Source: Dehalococcoidia bacterium
GTDB taxonomy: Bacteria > Chloroflexota > Dehalococcoidia > DSTF01 > JACRBR01
NCBI GenBank assembly: GCA_021462855.1
Contig: JAJTXQ010000067.1
Span: 2,860-66,859, forward strand
Length of the DNA: 64,000 bases
Direction of reading: 5' to 3'
Positions 20,567 through 28,325 of this stretch are shown piece by piece. The notes beneath the pieces are model-generated. The model had not been told where the DNA came from, did no database searches, and saw only the letters and a program-made list of their open reading frames with translations. Position 1 is the stretch's first letter. Each line of letters begins with the position of its first letter. The translations under genes were made by a program, and so were the position numbers.

Positions 20567-21573
20567 CGCGGGGCGAGCGCGCGCAGCATGGCGAGCGATT
20601 GCTCGGCGCGCGCCGCCGGGTCGGCGGTCGCCGGCACGAAATTGATGACCGGCACCGTCACGCCGTGGTCTACGTAGTCCTGGACCTTGCGGCGGCACGT
20701 GTCCGCGTCGCCGTGCACGAGCAGGTCGTCGATGACCTGGCGCGGGATGGCGGCCGTCGCGGCTTTGCGGTCCCCGGCCTGCCACGCCTGCCACATCGGT
20801 TGCAGCGCGGCGGAGCGGCCCAGCCACTCGTGGAACTTCGCGTATACGGGCACGTTCAGGTACGCCGCGACGGAGCGGCGGCCGATGAAGTCGACGATCG
20901 CGTCGTCGGTGGACATGCAGACGAAGATGCGCGCGACGACCTCGAGCTTCGACGCGTCGCGGCCGGCGCGCTCGGCGCCGCGGCGCGCGGCGGCGACCGC
21001 CTTCGGCACGTCGGATGCGCTGAGCCAGTTGATGATCACGCCATCGGACGCGGCGCCTGCGAGCTCGAGCATGCGCTCGCGAAGCGCGGCGATGTACACC
21101 GGCGGCCGCTCGACGAGCTGGCGTGACATGCGGTAGCCGCGCACCGCGGCCGTCTCCAGCTCCTCGGTCACCTTCTCGCCGCTGAACGCGCGGTCGAGCA
21201 GGGCGGCGACGTCGCGGACGCGGCGGTATGGCAGCGCGAACGGCACGCCGTTCCACTGCTCGACGATCACCGACGACCCGGCGCCGATCCCGAGGACGAA
21301 GCGCCCGGGCGCCGCCTCGGCGCATCCCATCGCCGACATCGCGAGCGTCACGGGCGAGCGGGTGTACACGTTGGCGATCGCCGTGCCCAGGCGGAGACGC
21401 TCCGTCCATGCGGCGGCCGTCGCCAGCGGCGTGAAGCAGTCGATGCCGTCGACCTCGAACGACCAGGCGTCGGTGTAGCCGAGGCGCTCGGCTTCCTGCA
21501 GCGCGTCGCGGTGCGCGTGCAGCGGCATGCCATCGAACGGGAACGTGAACCCCCAGCGTTGCATGCCGGCCAT
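20563..21573 (-). CDS. LLM-class (luciferase-like) flavin/F420-dependent oxidoreductase
   Basis: MAGMQRWGFTFPFDGMPL...LGTAIANVYTRSPVTLAMSA...GIGAGS. An alternative leaderless start is ATG 21564 (TATCAT-N7-ATG). Convergent 4-nt overlap with the P450 gene. Confidence 0.88.
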   Translation of the reverse strand: MAGMQRWGFTFPFDGMPLHAHRDALQEAERLGYTDAWSFEVDGIDCFTPLATAAAWTERLRLGTAIANVYTRSPVTLAMSAMGCAEAAPGRFVLGIGAGSSVIVEQWNGVPFALPYRRVRDVAALLDRAFSGEKVTEELETAAVRGYRMSRQLVERPPVYIAALRERMLELAGAASDGVIINWLSASDVPKAVAAARRGAERAGRDASKLEVVARIFVCMSTDDAIVDFIGRRSVAAYLNVPVYAKFHEWLGRSAALQPMWQAWQAGDRKAATAAIPRQVIDDLLVHGDADTCRRKVQDYVDHGVTVPVINFVPATADPAARAEQSLAMLRALAPR

Positions 21574-21642
21574 GATACGTGCCCGAGCGCATTGGCGCGA
21601 TCGAGCGCGCCGCCGGATACTGCTTGTCGAGACGGAGGGGAC

Positions 21643-22140
21643 GTGAGCACGTACCGGACGATCATCGGCAAGCGCGACACGCGCTCCTTCACCGGACAGC
21701 CCGTGCCGGAGGAGAGCATCCGCCGCATCGTGCAGGCGGGGCGGATGGCGGGCAGCTCGAAGAACTCGCAGCCCTGCCGGTTCGTCGTCATCGACGATCC
21801 GGCGGTCCGGGGCGAGGTGGCAACGTGCGGCGACTTCGCCGTGTGGCTGCCGACGGCGCCACTCGTGGTCGCCGTCGTCGTGCCCGACGACGCGCCGCGG
21901 GCGGAGTTCGACGCCGGCCGCGCGGCGCAGAACATGATGATCGCGGCGGCGGCGGAGGACATCGCGTCGTGCCCGGTGTCGATGCACCACGTCGACTGTG
22001 CGCGGGACGCGGTCGGCGCGCCGGCCGGGTGGCGGGTGTCGGTGGTCGTCGCGTTCGGGTACCGCGCGCGTCCGCCGAAGTCCGTGCCCGAGGCCGCGCG
22101 CAAGCCGTTCGATGAATACGTGCGGCGCAACCGCTGGTGA
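21643..22140 (+). CDS. nitroreductase family protein
   Basis: 165 aa, GTG start after GGAGGGG. YRTIIGKRDTRSFTGQPVPEESIRRIVQAGRMAGSSKNSQPCRFVVI. Confidence 0.82.
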   Translation: MSTYRTIIGKRDTRSFTGQPVPEESIRRIVQAGRMAGSSKNSQPCRFVVIDDPAVRGEVATCGDFAVWLPTAPLVVAVVVPDDAPRAEFDAGRAAQNMMIAAAAEDIASCPVSMHHVDCARDAVGAPAGWRVSVVVAFGYRARPPKSVPEAARKPFDEYVRRNRW

Positions 22141-22144
22141 GCGC

Positions 22145-22855
22145 GTGATCATCATCACCGGCAGCGGAAGGTCGGGCACGAGCGCGGTCGCGCAGGCGCT
22201 GCATATCTCGGGCGTCCCCGTCGGGCACGACCTGATCGAGGCGGATGAAGGCAACCCGGAAGGCTACTTCGAAGAGCGCGGCGTCGTGCGCGTCAACGAC
22301 GCCATCCTCAACGCCGCCGGAAACCGCGCGTGGTTCAACGAGATGACGCGCGCGCAGGTCATCGCGGCGTCGGAGGAGTACGCGCCGTTGATGCGCGAGC
22401 TGCTCCACGGCGCGACGCCCGCATGGAAGGACCCGCGCTTCTCATGGACGCTCGAGGCGTGGATGCGGCTGATGCCGGAGCGCCCGCGCGTGATCGTCTG
22501 CCTGCGCAGCCCGGACGAGGTGATCGCATCGACGTTGCGGTACTACGGGCTCGCCGGCGAGGAGCCGGAGGGCGCGGTCGCGCATGAGTGGCGCTGCGAG
22601 TACGAGCGGCTGCTCGAGATCATCGACGAGTACGCGCTCGACGCGGTGCCGGTCGAGTTCGCGGAGTTGCACAACGACCCGGAGCTCGCCATCGAGCCGG
22701 TGGCGCGGTTCGTGGGGCGCTCGCTCGACGCATCGGGCGTGCGGCGCGCGCTGCGACACCACCGGGCAGCGGTGCGGGACGACCTGCGCGATGTGTACGA
22801 GCGCGTGCGCGCGCTCGGCGCGGCGTGGCGCGGCTACGCGCCGGCGTCCGGCTGA
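22145..22855 (+). CDS. sulfotransferase family protein (putative)
   Basis: 236 aa. N-terminal PAPS-loop-like IIITGSGRSGTSAV and RSPDEVIAS. The GTG start is 4 nt after the nitroreductase stop. Confidence 0.7.
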   Translation: MIIITGSGRSGTSAVAQALHISGVPVGHDLIEADEGNPEGYFEERGVVRVNDAILNAAGNRAWFNEMTRAQVIAASEEYAPLMRELLHGATPAWKDPRFSWTLEAWMRLMPERPRVIVCLRSPDEVIASTLRYYGLAGEEPEGAVAHEWRCEYERLLEIIDEYALDAVPVEFAELHNDPELAIEPVARFVGRSLDASGVRRALRHHRAAVRDDLRDVYERVRALGAAWRGYAPASG

Positions 22856-24183
22856 TCGCGGCGGACGGGGAGTGTCAGCCCGCGCGAGCCGGTGATGCGG
22901 ACGCGCTGGCCCTCGGGGATGGGCGCGTCCTCGGCCACGGCTTTCCAGCGTTCGCCGCGCACGAAGATGAATCCCTCGGGGTTGAGGTAGGAGCGCGCGG
23001 TCGCGGTCTGGCCGATCATGGCCTTCGTGCCGATGTCGTGCGGAAGGCGGCGCATGCGGATGATCGCTGATACGAGCGAGAGGAAGAACGCGGCAAAGAC
23101 CACGCCCGTGACCACGACGACCCAGCGTGAGACGCGGAACTCCGGGTTGTCGCTCGTGGTCAGCAGCATGCCGCCGGCGATGAGCGCGATCGCGCCGCCG
23201 ATGCCGAGCGCGCCGAACCCGCTGACGAAGATCTCGGCCGCGAACAGCGCGAACGCCAGGCCGATCAGCGCGACGCCCGCCGAGTTCACCGGCAGCGTGC
23301 CGAGTGAGAAGAACGCGAACACGAGCGCGATGATCCCGAACACGCCGGGCGCGAACAGGCCGGGATTCAGCAACTCAATCAGCAGCCCGAGCCCGCCGAG
23401 GCTGAGCAGCAGGAACGCGATGTTAGGATCGCTCAGCACCAGCAGGACGCGCTCGATGAACGTCATGTCGTTGGAGACTCGCACGGCGTCGGTGAGTTCG
23501 CCGATCGTGGTGACGCGACCGTCGACCTTCACGCTGCGGCCCTCGGCCTGCGCGAGCAGATCGTCGATGTCTTCCGCGGCGAAGTCCACGACATCCTTCT
23601 CGACGGCCTCGCTGGTGGAAGCGGAGACGGCGTCGCGGACGGCGTCCTCGGCCCAGTCGGCGTTGCGCCCGTGCTCCTCGGCGATGCTGCGGGCGTAGGC
23701 GGCGGCGTCGTTGCGCACTTTTTCGCCGAGGTCGCCTTCGATGTCGCCCCCGCCCGCGCCGATCGGCGTCGCGGCGCCGATGCGTGTGCCGGGCGCCATT
23801 GCCGCGACGTGCGCGGACATGGTGATAAACGTGCCGGCGGACGCCGCCTTGCCGCCGCTTGGCGACACGTAGACGATGATGGGCACGCGCGACGACTGGA
23901 TGCGCTTGATGATGTCTTCCATCGAGGAAGAGAGCCCGCCGGGCGTGTCGAGGCGGATGACGACGGCGCGGGCGCTCGTCCGTTCGGCCTCGTCGATGCC
24001 GCGGTCGATGTAGCGCTCCATCACCGGGTTGACCTGCGAGTCGGCGGTCAGGACATGCACGGCGTCGCGCTGGCCGATGCGCGGCGCGCAGGCGACGAGC
24101 ACGCCGGCCAGCAGCATCGCGGCGGCAGCAGCGAGCCGGACGCGGCGCGCCGGAACGTGGAGGTCGACCGAGGGTGCGCGCAT
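22834..24183 (-). CDS. NfeD-family membrane-bound ClpP-class serine protease
   Basis: 449 aa. ClpP-like domain (VIRLDTPGGLSSSMEDI...GKAASAGTFI), multiple TM helices and a C-terminal OB-fold (GFIFVRGERWKAV). Confidence 0.88.
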   Translation of the reverse strand: MRAPSVDLHVPARRVRLAAAAAMLLAGVLVACAPRIGQRDAVHVLTADSQVNPVMERYIDRGIDEAERTSARAVVIRLDTPGGLSSSMEDIIKRIQSSRVPIIVYVSPSGGKAASAGTFITMSAHVAAMAPGTRIGAATPIGAGGGDIEGDLGEKVRNDAAAYARSIAEEHGRNADWAEDAVRDAVSASTSEAVEKDVVDFAAEDIDDLLAQAEGRSVKVDGRVTTIGELTDAVRVSNDMTFIERVLLVLSDPNIAFLLLSLGGLGLLIELLNPGLFAPGVFGIIALVFAFFSLGTLPVNSAGVALIGLAFALFAAEIFVSGFGALGIGGAIALIAGGMLLTTSDNPEFRVSRWVVVVTGVVFAAFFLSLVSAIIRMRRLPHDIGTKAMIGQTATARSYLNPEGFIFVRGERWKAVAEDAPIPEGQRVRITGSRGLTLPVRRDQPDAGA

Positions 24184-24204
24184 GGCGGTGCTCCCGCCAT
24201 CATT

Positions 24205-25578
24205 CTACGCCGGCGCGGGGAGCGGCGCGGGCTCGCGCGGCGTCTCGCGCACGAACCGGAGCATCACCAGCGTGCCGGCGAGGCGGCCGACCGCCGAGAG
24301 GATGAACACGGCGCGGAAGCCCAGGCCGGCGATCACCTGCCCGCCGAGCAGCGGTCCCACGAACGCCGACGCGAAGACCACGGTCTGGAACGCGGCGCTG
24401 TACCGCGGCCGGCGCTCCGGGGGCGCCATCACCATCACCATGTTCATCATGCCGAGCTGATAGCCGGCCCAGATCAGGCCGCCAAACGCGTTGATAAAGA
24501 TCACCTGCCACGGCGCCGTGACGAAGATCCACGCCGCCGGCAGGATCGGGATGAGCAATCCGCTCAGGATCATCACGTGTTTCGTGCCGCGAAGGTCCAT
24601 CATCCGCCCGAAGTACACGAGGCCGGCGAGGCCGGTGACGGCGGGCAGCGCCGACAGCACGCCGATCCACAGGCCGGAGGCGTCGAGGTTCTTCGCCAGG
24701 TAGACGTTGAAGAACGGGCCCGACGCCTGCAGCGCGACGTTCCATACGGCGGTCCCGGCGAGATACGCGACGAAGTTGCCGTCGGATAGCACGTCGGTGA
24801 GCGCGTTCCCCTCGCGCGCGGACGAGCGGTCGATGACGTCGGCGTGCGGCGCCGGGTCGGGGATCATCGCGTAGCACCAGGTCGAGATCGCGCCGGTGAC
24901 GAACACGAGCGTCCAGACGATCTGCCAGCCATGCATGGCCGAGAAGCGGTCGAGTGCGAGGCCGGCGAGCGGCGCCGTCGCGAGCGCGGACAGGCTCATG
25001 CCGAAGTTGCGCGATGCGAGGAAGCGCCCGCGCATGCCCATCGGCACGATGTCGGCCGTGAGCGAGGTCCACGCGGGCAGCGCGAAGTAGCCGAAGAACC
25101 CGCGCAACGCGACGAAGGCGAGCACGAGCCAGATCGCGGCGTCGCCGTCGGCGAAGAAGGGGACGAACGCCAGCCCGAAGAGCGCGACCCGCGCGATGCC
25201 GCCGCCCGACCACAGGACGATGCGCTTGCGATGACCGTGCGTCTCGACGAAACGGGCGCCGGGGAAGAACGCGAGCGCGGCAAAGAGGCTGGCGAGCGCG
25301 GTGACCACGCCGACCTGGGCGTTGCTCCCGCCGAACGCGACGATGTAGAGCCCGAGGTAACTGAGCAGCACGGTCTCGGCGACGTTGGCGAAGAAGCCGT
25401 CCCACCAGAACGCGCGCATGCCGCGCTCCTGCGCGCCCGTCGGCCAGTCTCCCAGCGACGTGTCGGGGCGTTGCGGCGTGCCAAAGGGGCCGGGGACATC
25501 GGCGAAGGGCGCGCGCGCGCCGACGCGACGCAGGACGCCGGTGCGCCCGCCGGGCTGCGTGTCGTTCGGCTGCGGCAT
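24205..25578 (-). CDS. MFS transporter
   Basis: About 12 hydrophobic helices from FFANVAETVLLSYLGLYIVAF onward. The start was chosen at ATG 25578 because of TACACT-gccgcc-ATG (leaderless pattern). The longer track ORF (to 25743) would overlap the hisZ start and promoter. Confidence 0.8.
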   Translation of the reverse strand: MPQPNDTQPGGRTGVLRRVGARAPFADVPGPFGTPQRPDTSLGDWPTGAQERGMRAFWWDGFFANVAETVLLSYLGLYIVAFGGSNAQVGVVTALASLFAALAFFPGARFVETHGHRKRIVLWSGGGIARVALFGLAFVPFFADGDAAIWLVLAFVALRGFFGYFALPAWTSLTADIVPMGMRGRFLASRNFGMSLSALATAPLAGLALDRFSAMHGWQIVWTLVFVTGAISTWCYAMIPDPAPHADVIDRSSAREGNALTDVLSDGNFVAYLAGTAVWNVALQASGPFFNVYLAKNLDASGLWIGVLSALPAVTGLAGLVYFGRMMDLRGTKHVMILSGLLIPILPAAWIFVTAPWQVIFINAFGGLIWAGYQLGMMNMVMVMAPPERRPRYSAAFQTVVFASAFVGPLLGGQVIAGLGFRAVFILSAVGRLAGTLVMLRFVRETPREPAPLPAPA

Positions 25579-25584
25579 GGCGGC

Positions 25585-25590
25585 AGTGTA
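25585..25590 (-). promoter_or_regulatory. -10-like TACACT, 6 nt upstream of the MFS ATG
   Basis: Read directly on the minus strand. Confidence 0.4.
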
Positions 25591-25620
25591 CGCGCGCGCG
25601 GCCTTAGGCTCCGCCGCCGT

Positions 25621-25650
25621 TTGTCCGGCCGGAAGCGCGGCCGATAGAAT
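25621..25650 (+). promoter_or_regulatory. candidate his-operon promoter TTGTCC-18-TAGAAT
   Basis: TAGAAT at 25645-25650. An AT-rich hexamer like this is rare in this GC context. Confidence 0.4.
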
Positions 25651-25660
25651 GCCGGGGCGT

Positions 25661-25682
25661 CCCTGCCCAGCTTCGGGCAGGG
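25661..25682 (+). promoter_or_regulatory. 5'-leader hairpin CCCTGCCC-N6-GGGCAGGG before hisZ
   Basis: Perfect 8-bp stem. Its 3' arm overlaps the only purine-rich SD-like stretch (AGGGA) ahead of ATG 25694. Confidence 0.35.
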
Positions 25683-25693
25683 ATGTGTCAGTC

Positions 25694-26935
25694 ATGCGAG
25701 GCCCGATGTCCAACGCCGCCCCTTCATCGCGCTCGCGCGGCATGCGCGACCTGCTGCCCGACGAGATGGCGCGCGTGCGCCGCGTCGAGGATGCGTTCGC
25801 GGCAACGTGCGCCGCCTGGGGCTACAGCGAGGTGCGCACGCCGGTCATCGAGCCGCTGCACCTGTTTACGTCGGCCGGCACGCTCTCACCGCAGACGCTG
25901 GAGCGCGTGTATTCGTTCCTCGACTGGGACGGCTGGAGCGGTGAGCGCGTCGTGCTGCGGCCCGACTCCACGATCCCGGCGGCGCGCATGTACGCCGAGC
26001 GGCTGGACGGCGGACGCGTCGCAAAGCTGTTCTACCGGCAGAACGTGTTCCGCTTCACCGACGACGATTCCGCCCGCGAAGAATGGCAGTGCGGCGTCGA
26101 ACTCATCGGCGATACGGGCGTCGCGGGTGACGTCGAAGTGACGCTGCTCGCGCTCGGCGCGCTGGCGGCCGCCGGCGTCGGGCCCGTGGCCGTGCGCGTC
26201 TCGCACGCGGGCGTCGTGCGCGCCGTGCTGGCGTGCGCGTCGCTGACGCCGGAAGAGCAGGCTGCGGCCTACGGCAGGCTGCTCGACGGCGACACCACCG
26301 TCGCGGCGGATATCGAGTCTCGCGTGCCGCAACTGAGCGCCGCCGCGCGGCTGTTGTTCGAGGTGGACGGCGCCGGCAGCGGCTACGTCGCGAACGTGCG
26401 CAGCGCATTCGGCGGCGCGGTGCCCGCGCTCGATGAGGCGCTCGACGACCTGGCGTTCGTCGTGGCGGCGCTGGAGGCGCGCGGTGTCACGCCGGTGGTG
26501 CAGGCGGCGCTGGCGCGCAGCTTCGAGTACTACTCGGGGACCGTTGTGAAGTTCGACGTCGGAGGGACGCGCGCAGGCGTCGGCGGGCGGTACGACGAGT
26601 TGATTGGCCTCGTCGGGGGGAAGCGCGTGCCGGCGTCCGGGTTTGCGCTGTACACGAATGCGCTCGCCGCCCTTGCGCCGCCGCCGCCCGCGTCCGATGT
26701 CGCCAGCGTGGTGGTGGTGGCGGCGGCCGCCGACCCGCGGTCGATCGCGGCCGCGCACGATGTCGCGGAGGCGCTGCGCGCCGGTGGACGGTGCGTCGCC
26801 ATGACGGATGGCGGCGGAACGGACGCGCGCGTGCTGATGCGGCAGGGCGGCGGGTTCCGCGTCGAATCGGCGCGCGGGAGCGCCGACTGTCCAACGCTCG
26901 ACGCCGTGAGTGCCGCGCTGGAGCAACTTCGGTGA
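25694..26935 (+). CDS. hisZ: ATP phosphoribosyltransferase regulatory subunit (HisRS paralogue)
   Basis: GMRDLLPDEMARVRRVEDAFAATCAAWGYSEVRTPVIEPLHLF is a class II HisRS-like core. There is no anticodon domain of the hisS type. It lies directly upstream of hisG with a GTGA overlap. The start is ambiguous (25694, 25706 or 25742). Confidence 0.85.
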   Translation: MRGPMSNAAPSSRSRGMRDLLPDEMARVRRVEDAFAATCAAWGYSEVRTPVIEPLHLFTSAGTLSPQTLERVYSFLDWDGWSGERVVLRPDSTIPAARMYAERLDGGRVAKLFYRQNVFRFTDDDSAREEWQCGVELIGDTGVAGDVEVTLLALGALAAAGVGPVAVRVSHAGVVRAVLACASLTPEEQAAAYGRLLDGDTTVAADIESRVPQLSAAARLLFEVDGAGSGYVANVRSAFGGAVPALDEALDDLAFVVAALEARGVTPVVQAALARSFEYYSGTVVKFDVGGTRAGVGGRYDELIGLVGGKRVPASGFALYTNALAALAPPPPASDVASVVVVAAAADPRSIAAAHDVAEALRAGGRCVAMTDGGGTDARVLMRQGGGFRVESARGSADCPTLDAVSAALEQLR

Positions 26936-28323
26936 TCCGCGTTGCGCTCCCGACAGGCGACCTTCGCCGCGAGACGGCGGCGCTGCTCGATGCGTCGGGC
27001 GCCGGGATTCCCGACTACGCGACGGGGTCGCGCGCGTTGCGCTTCGACATGCTCGGCGGCGCGGCGGTCGCGCGTGTGTTCCGCGAGAAGGACATCCCGG
27101 CGCAGGTGGCGCTCGGCAACTACGATGCCGGCATCTGTAGCCTGGCGTGGACAGAGGAACTCGCGCGGCGGTTCCCGGCGCTCGATGTCGTGCGGCTGCG
27201 CGGGCTGGGGTACGGCGAGTGCGCGCTGTGGCTCGCGGCCGCCGGGGGGACGTCGCGGGCGCCGGTGCGCATCGTGAGCGAGTATCCGAACATCGCCGAA
27301 GCCGCCGCCCGGCGGATGCGGTTGACGCGGTACCGCGTGTTCGGCGTCTGGGGCGCCGCGGAGGCGTACCCGCCGGAGGACGCAGACCTGGCGATCGTCG
27401 CGGCGCGCGACGCCGCCGGCGTGGAAGCATTGGGCCTGGGGCCGCTCGCGCGGCTGATGACCTCGTCAGCGTGGCTGATCGCGAACAGGCGCAGCCTCGC
27501 GACGAAGGACATGTCGCCGCTCCTGGAGCGGCTTGGCCGCTCGGGCGATGCGAACGGCGGCCTCGCGCTCACGACGCCATCGTCGCTGCCGCTGCGGATC
27601 GCCGACGCGCCGGCGCCGCGCGAAGCGCTGCGCCTGGCGCTGCCCGATGGACACGCGCAGGCGCACACCGTGCAGGCGTTGGCCGCCGCCGGCATCGCCG
27701 TCGATGGGTACGACGACCGCGGATTCGCGCGACGGCCCCGCATCGACGTGGCCGGAGTCGAGGTGAAGGTGATCCGGCCGCAGGACATGCCGCAGCAGGT
27801 CGCGATCGGCCAGTTCGACCTGGCGGTGACCGGGCGCGACTGGTTGTTTGACCACCGGGTGCAGTTCCCGGCGAGCCCCGTTGAAGAGGTCGTCGACCTG
27901 CAGCGCTCGCGCTACAGCCTCGCGATCATCGTCAAGGACGTGCAGGCGGACAGCGTGAGCGGCGCGATCGAGGAGTGGCGCGCGCGGTCGGTGGGCGCGA
28001 TCCGCGTGGCGAGCGAGTACCCGAACATCGCCGACCACTTCGCGCGCGAGCGGCACTTCGGGCGCTACAGCGTGATCCCGATCGCCGGCGCCTCGGAGGG
28101 TTTCGTGCCGGACGACGCGGAGATCCTGATCGAGGGCATTGAGACGGGTTCGAGCGTGCGGGCGAACAAGCTGACGGTGCTCGAGCGGTTCTTCGAGTCG
28201 ACGAACTGCGTCATCGCGAACCGTGAGCGGCCGTCGGGCGCGCGGCGAGCGGCGTTCGACGCGCTGGTCGAGCGGCTGCGCGCGGGCGTGCCGGCGCCAG
28301 TCGCGGCAGGGCAGGGGGCGTAG
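26932..28323 (+). CDS. hisG: ATP phosphoribosyltransferase, tandem-duplicated short-form HisG (two HisG-like modules)
   Basis: 463 aa from a GTG start. Module 1 contains VIRVALPTGDL..REKDIPAQVALGNYDAGI..RIVSEYPNIA. Module 2 contains LRLALPDGHA..RPQDMPQQVAIGQFDLAVTGRDWL..RVASEYPNIA..IETGSSVRANKL. Confidence 0.85.
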   Translation: MIRVALPTGDLRRETAALLDASGAGIPDYATGSRALRFDMLGGAAVARVFREKDIPAQVALGNYDAGICSLAWTEELARRFPALDVVRLRGLGYGECALWLAAAGGTSRAPVRIVSEYPNIAEAAARRMRLTRYRVFGVWGAAEAYPPEDADLAIVAARDAAGVEALGLGPLARLMTSSAWLIANRRSLATKDMSPLLERLGRSGDANGGLALTTPSSLPLRIADAPAPREALRLALPDGHAQAHTVQALAAAGIAVDGYDDRGFARRPRIDVAGVEVKVIRPQDMPQQVAIGQFDLAVTGRDWLFDHRVQFPASPVEEVVDLQRSRYSLAIIVKDVQADSVSGAIEEWRARSVGAIRVASEYPNIADHFARERHFGRYSVIPIAGASEGFVPDDAEILIEGIETGSSVRANKLTVLERFFESTNCVIANRERPSGARRAAFDALVERLRAGVPAPVAAGQGA

Positions 28324-28325
28324 CG

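Noticed and set aside
25683-26141. 152-aa Cys/Arg-rich ORF starting at the first ATG after the his promoter.
   Set aside because: It is out of frame with the clearly HisZ-like translation and has no recognisable fold or motif.
25694-26935. Possible second histidyl-tRNA synthetase in the same window as hisS.
   Set aside because: It lacks the hisS-type C-terminal anticodon-binding region and sits directly upstream of hisG with a GTGA overlap. That is the signature of the regulatory paralogue HisZ, not a duplicated synthetase.
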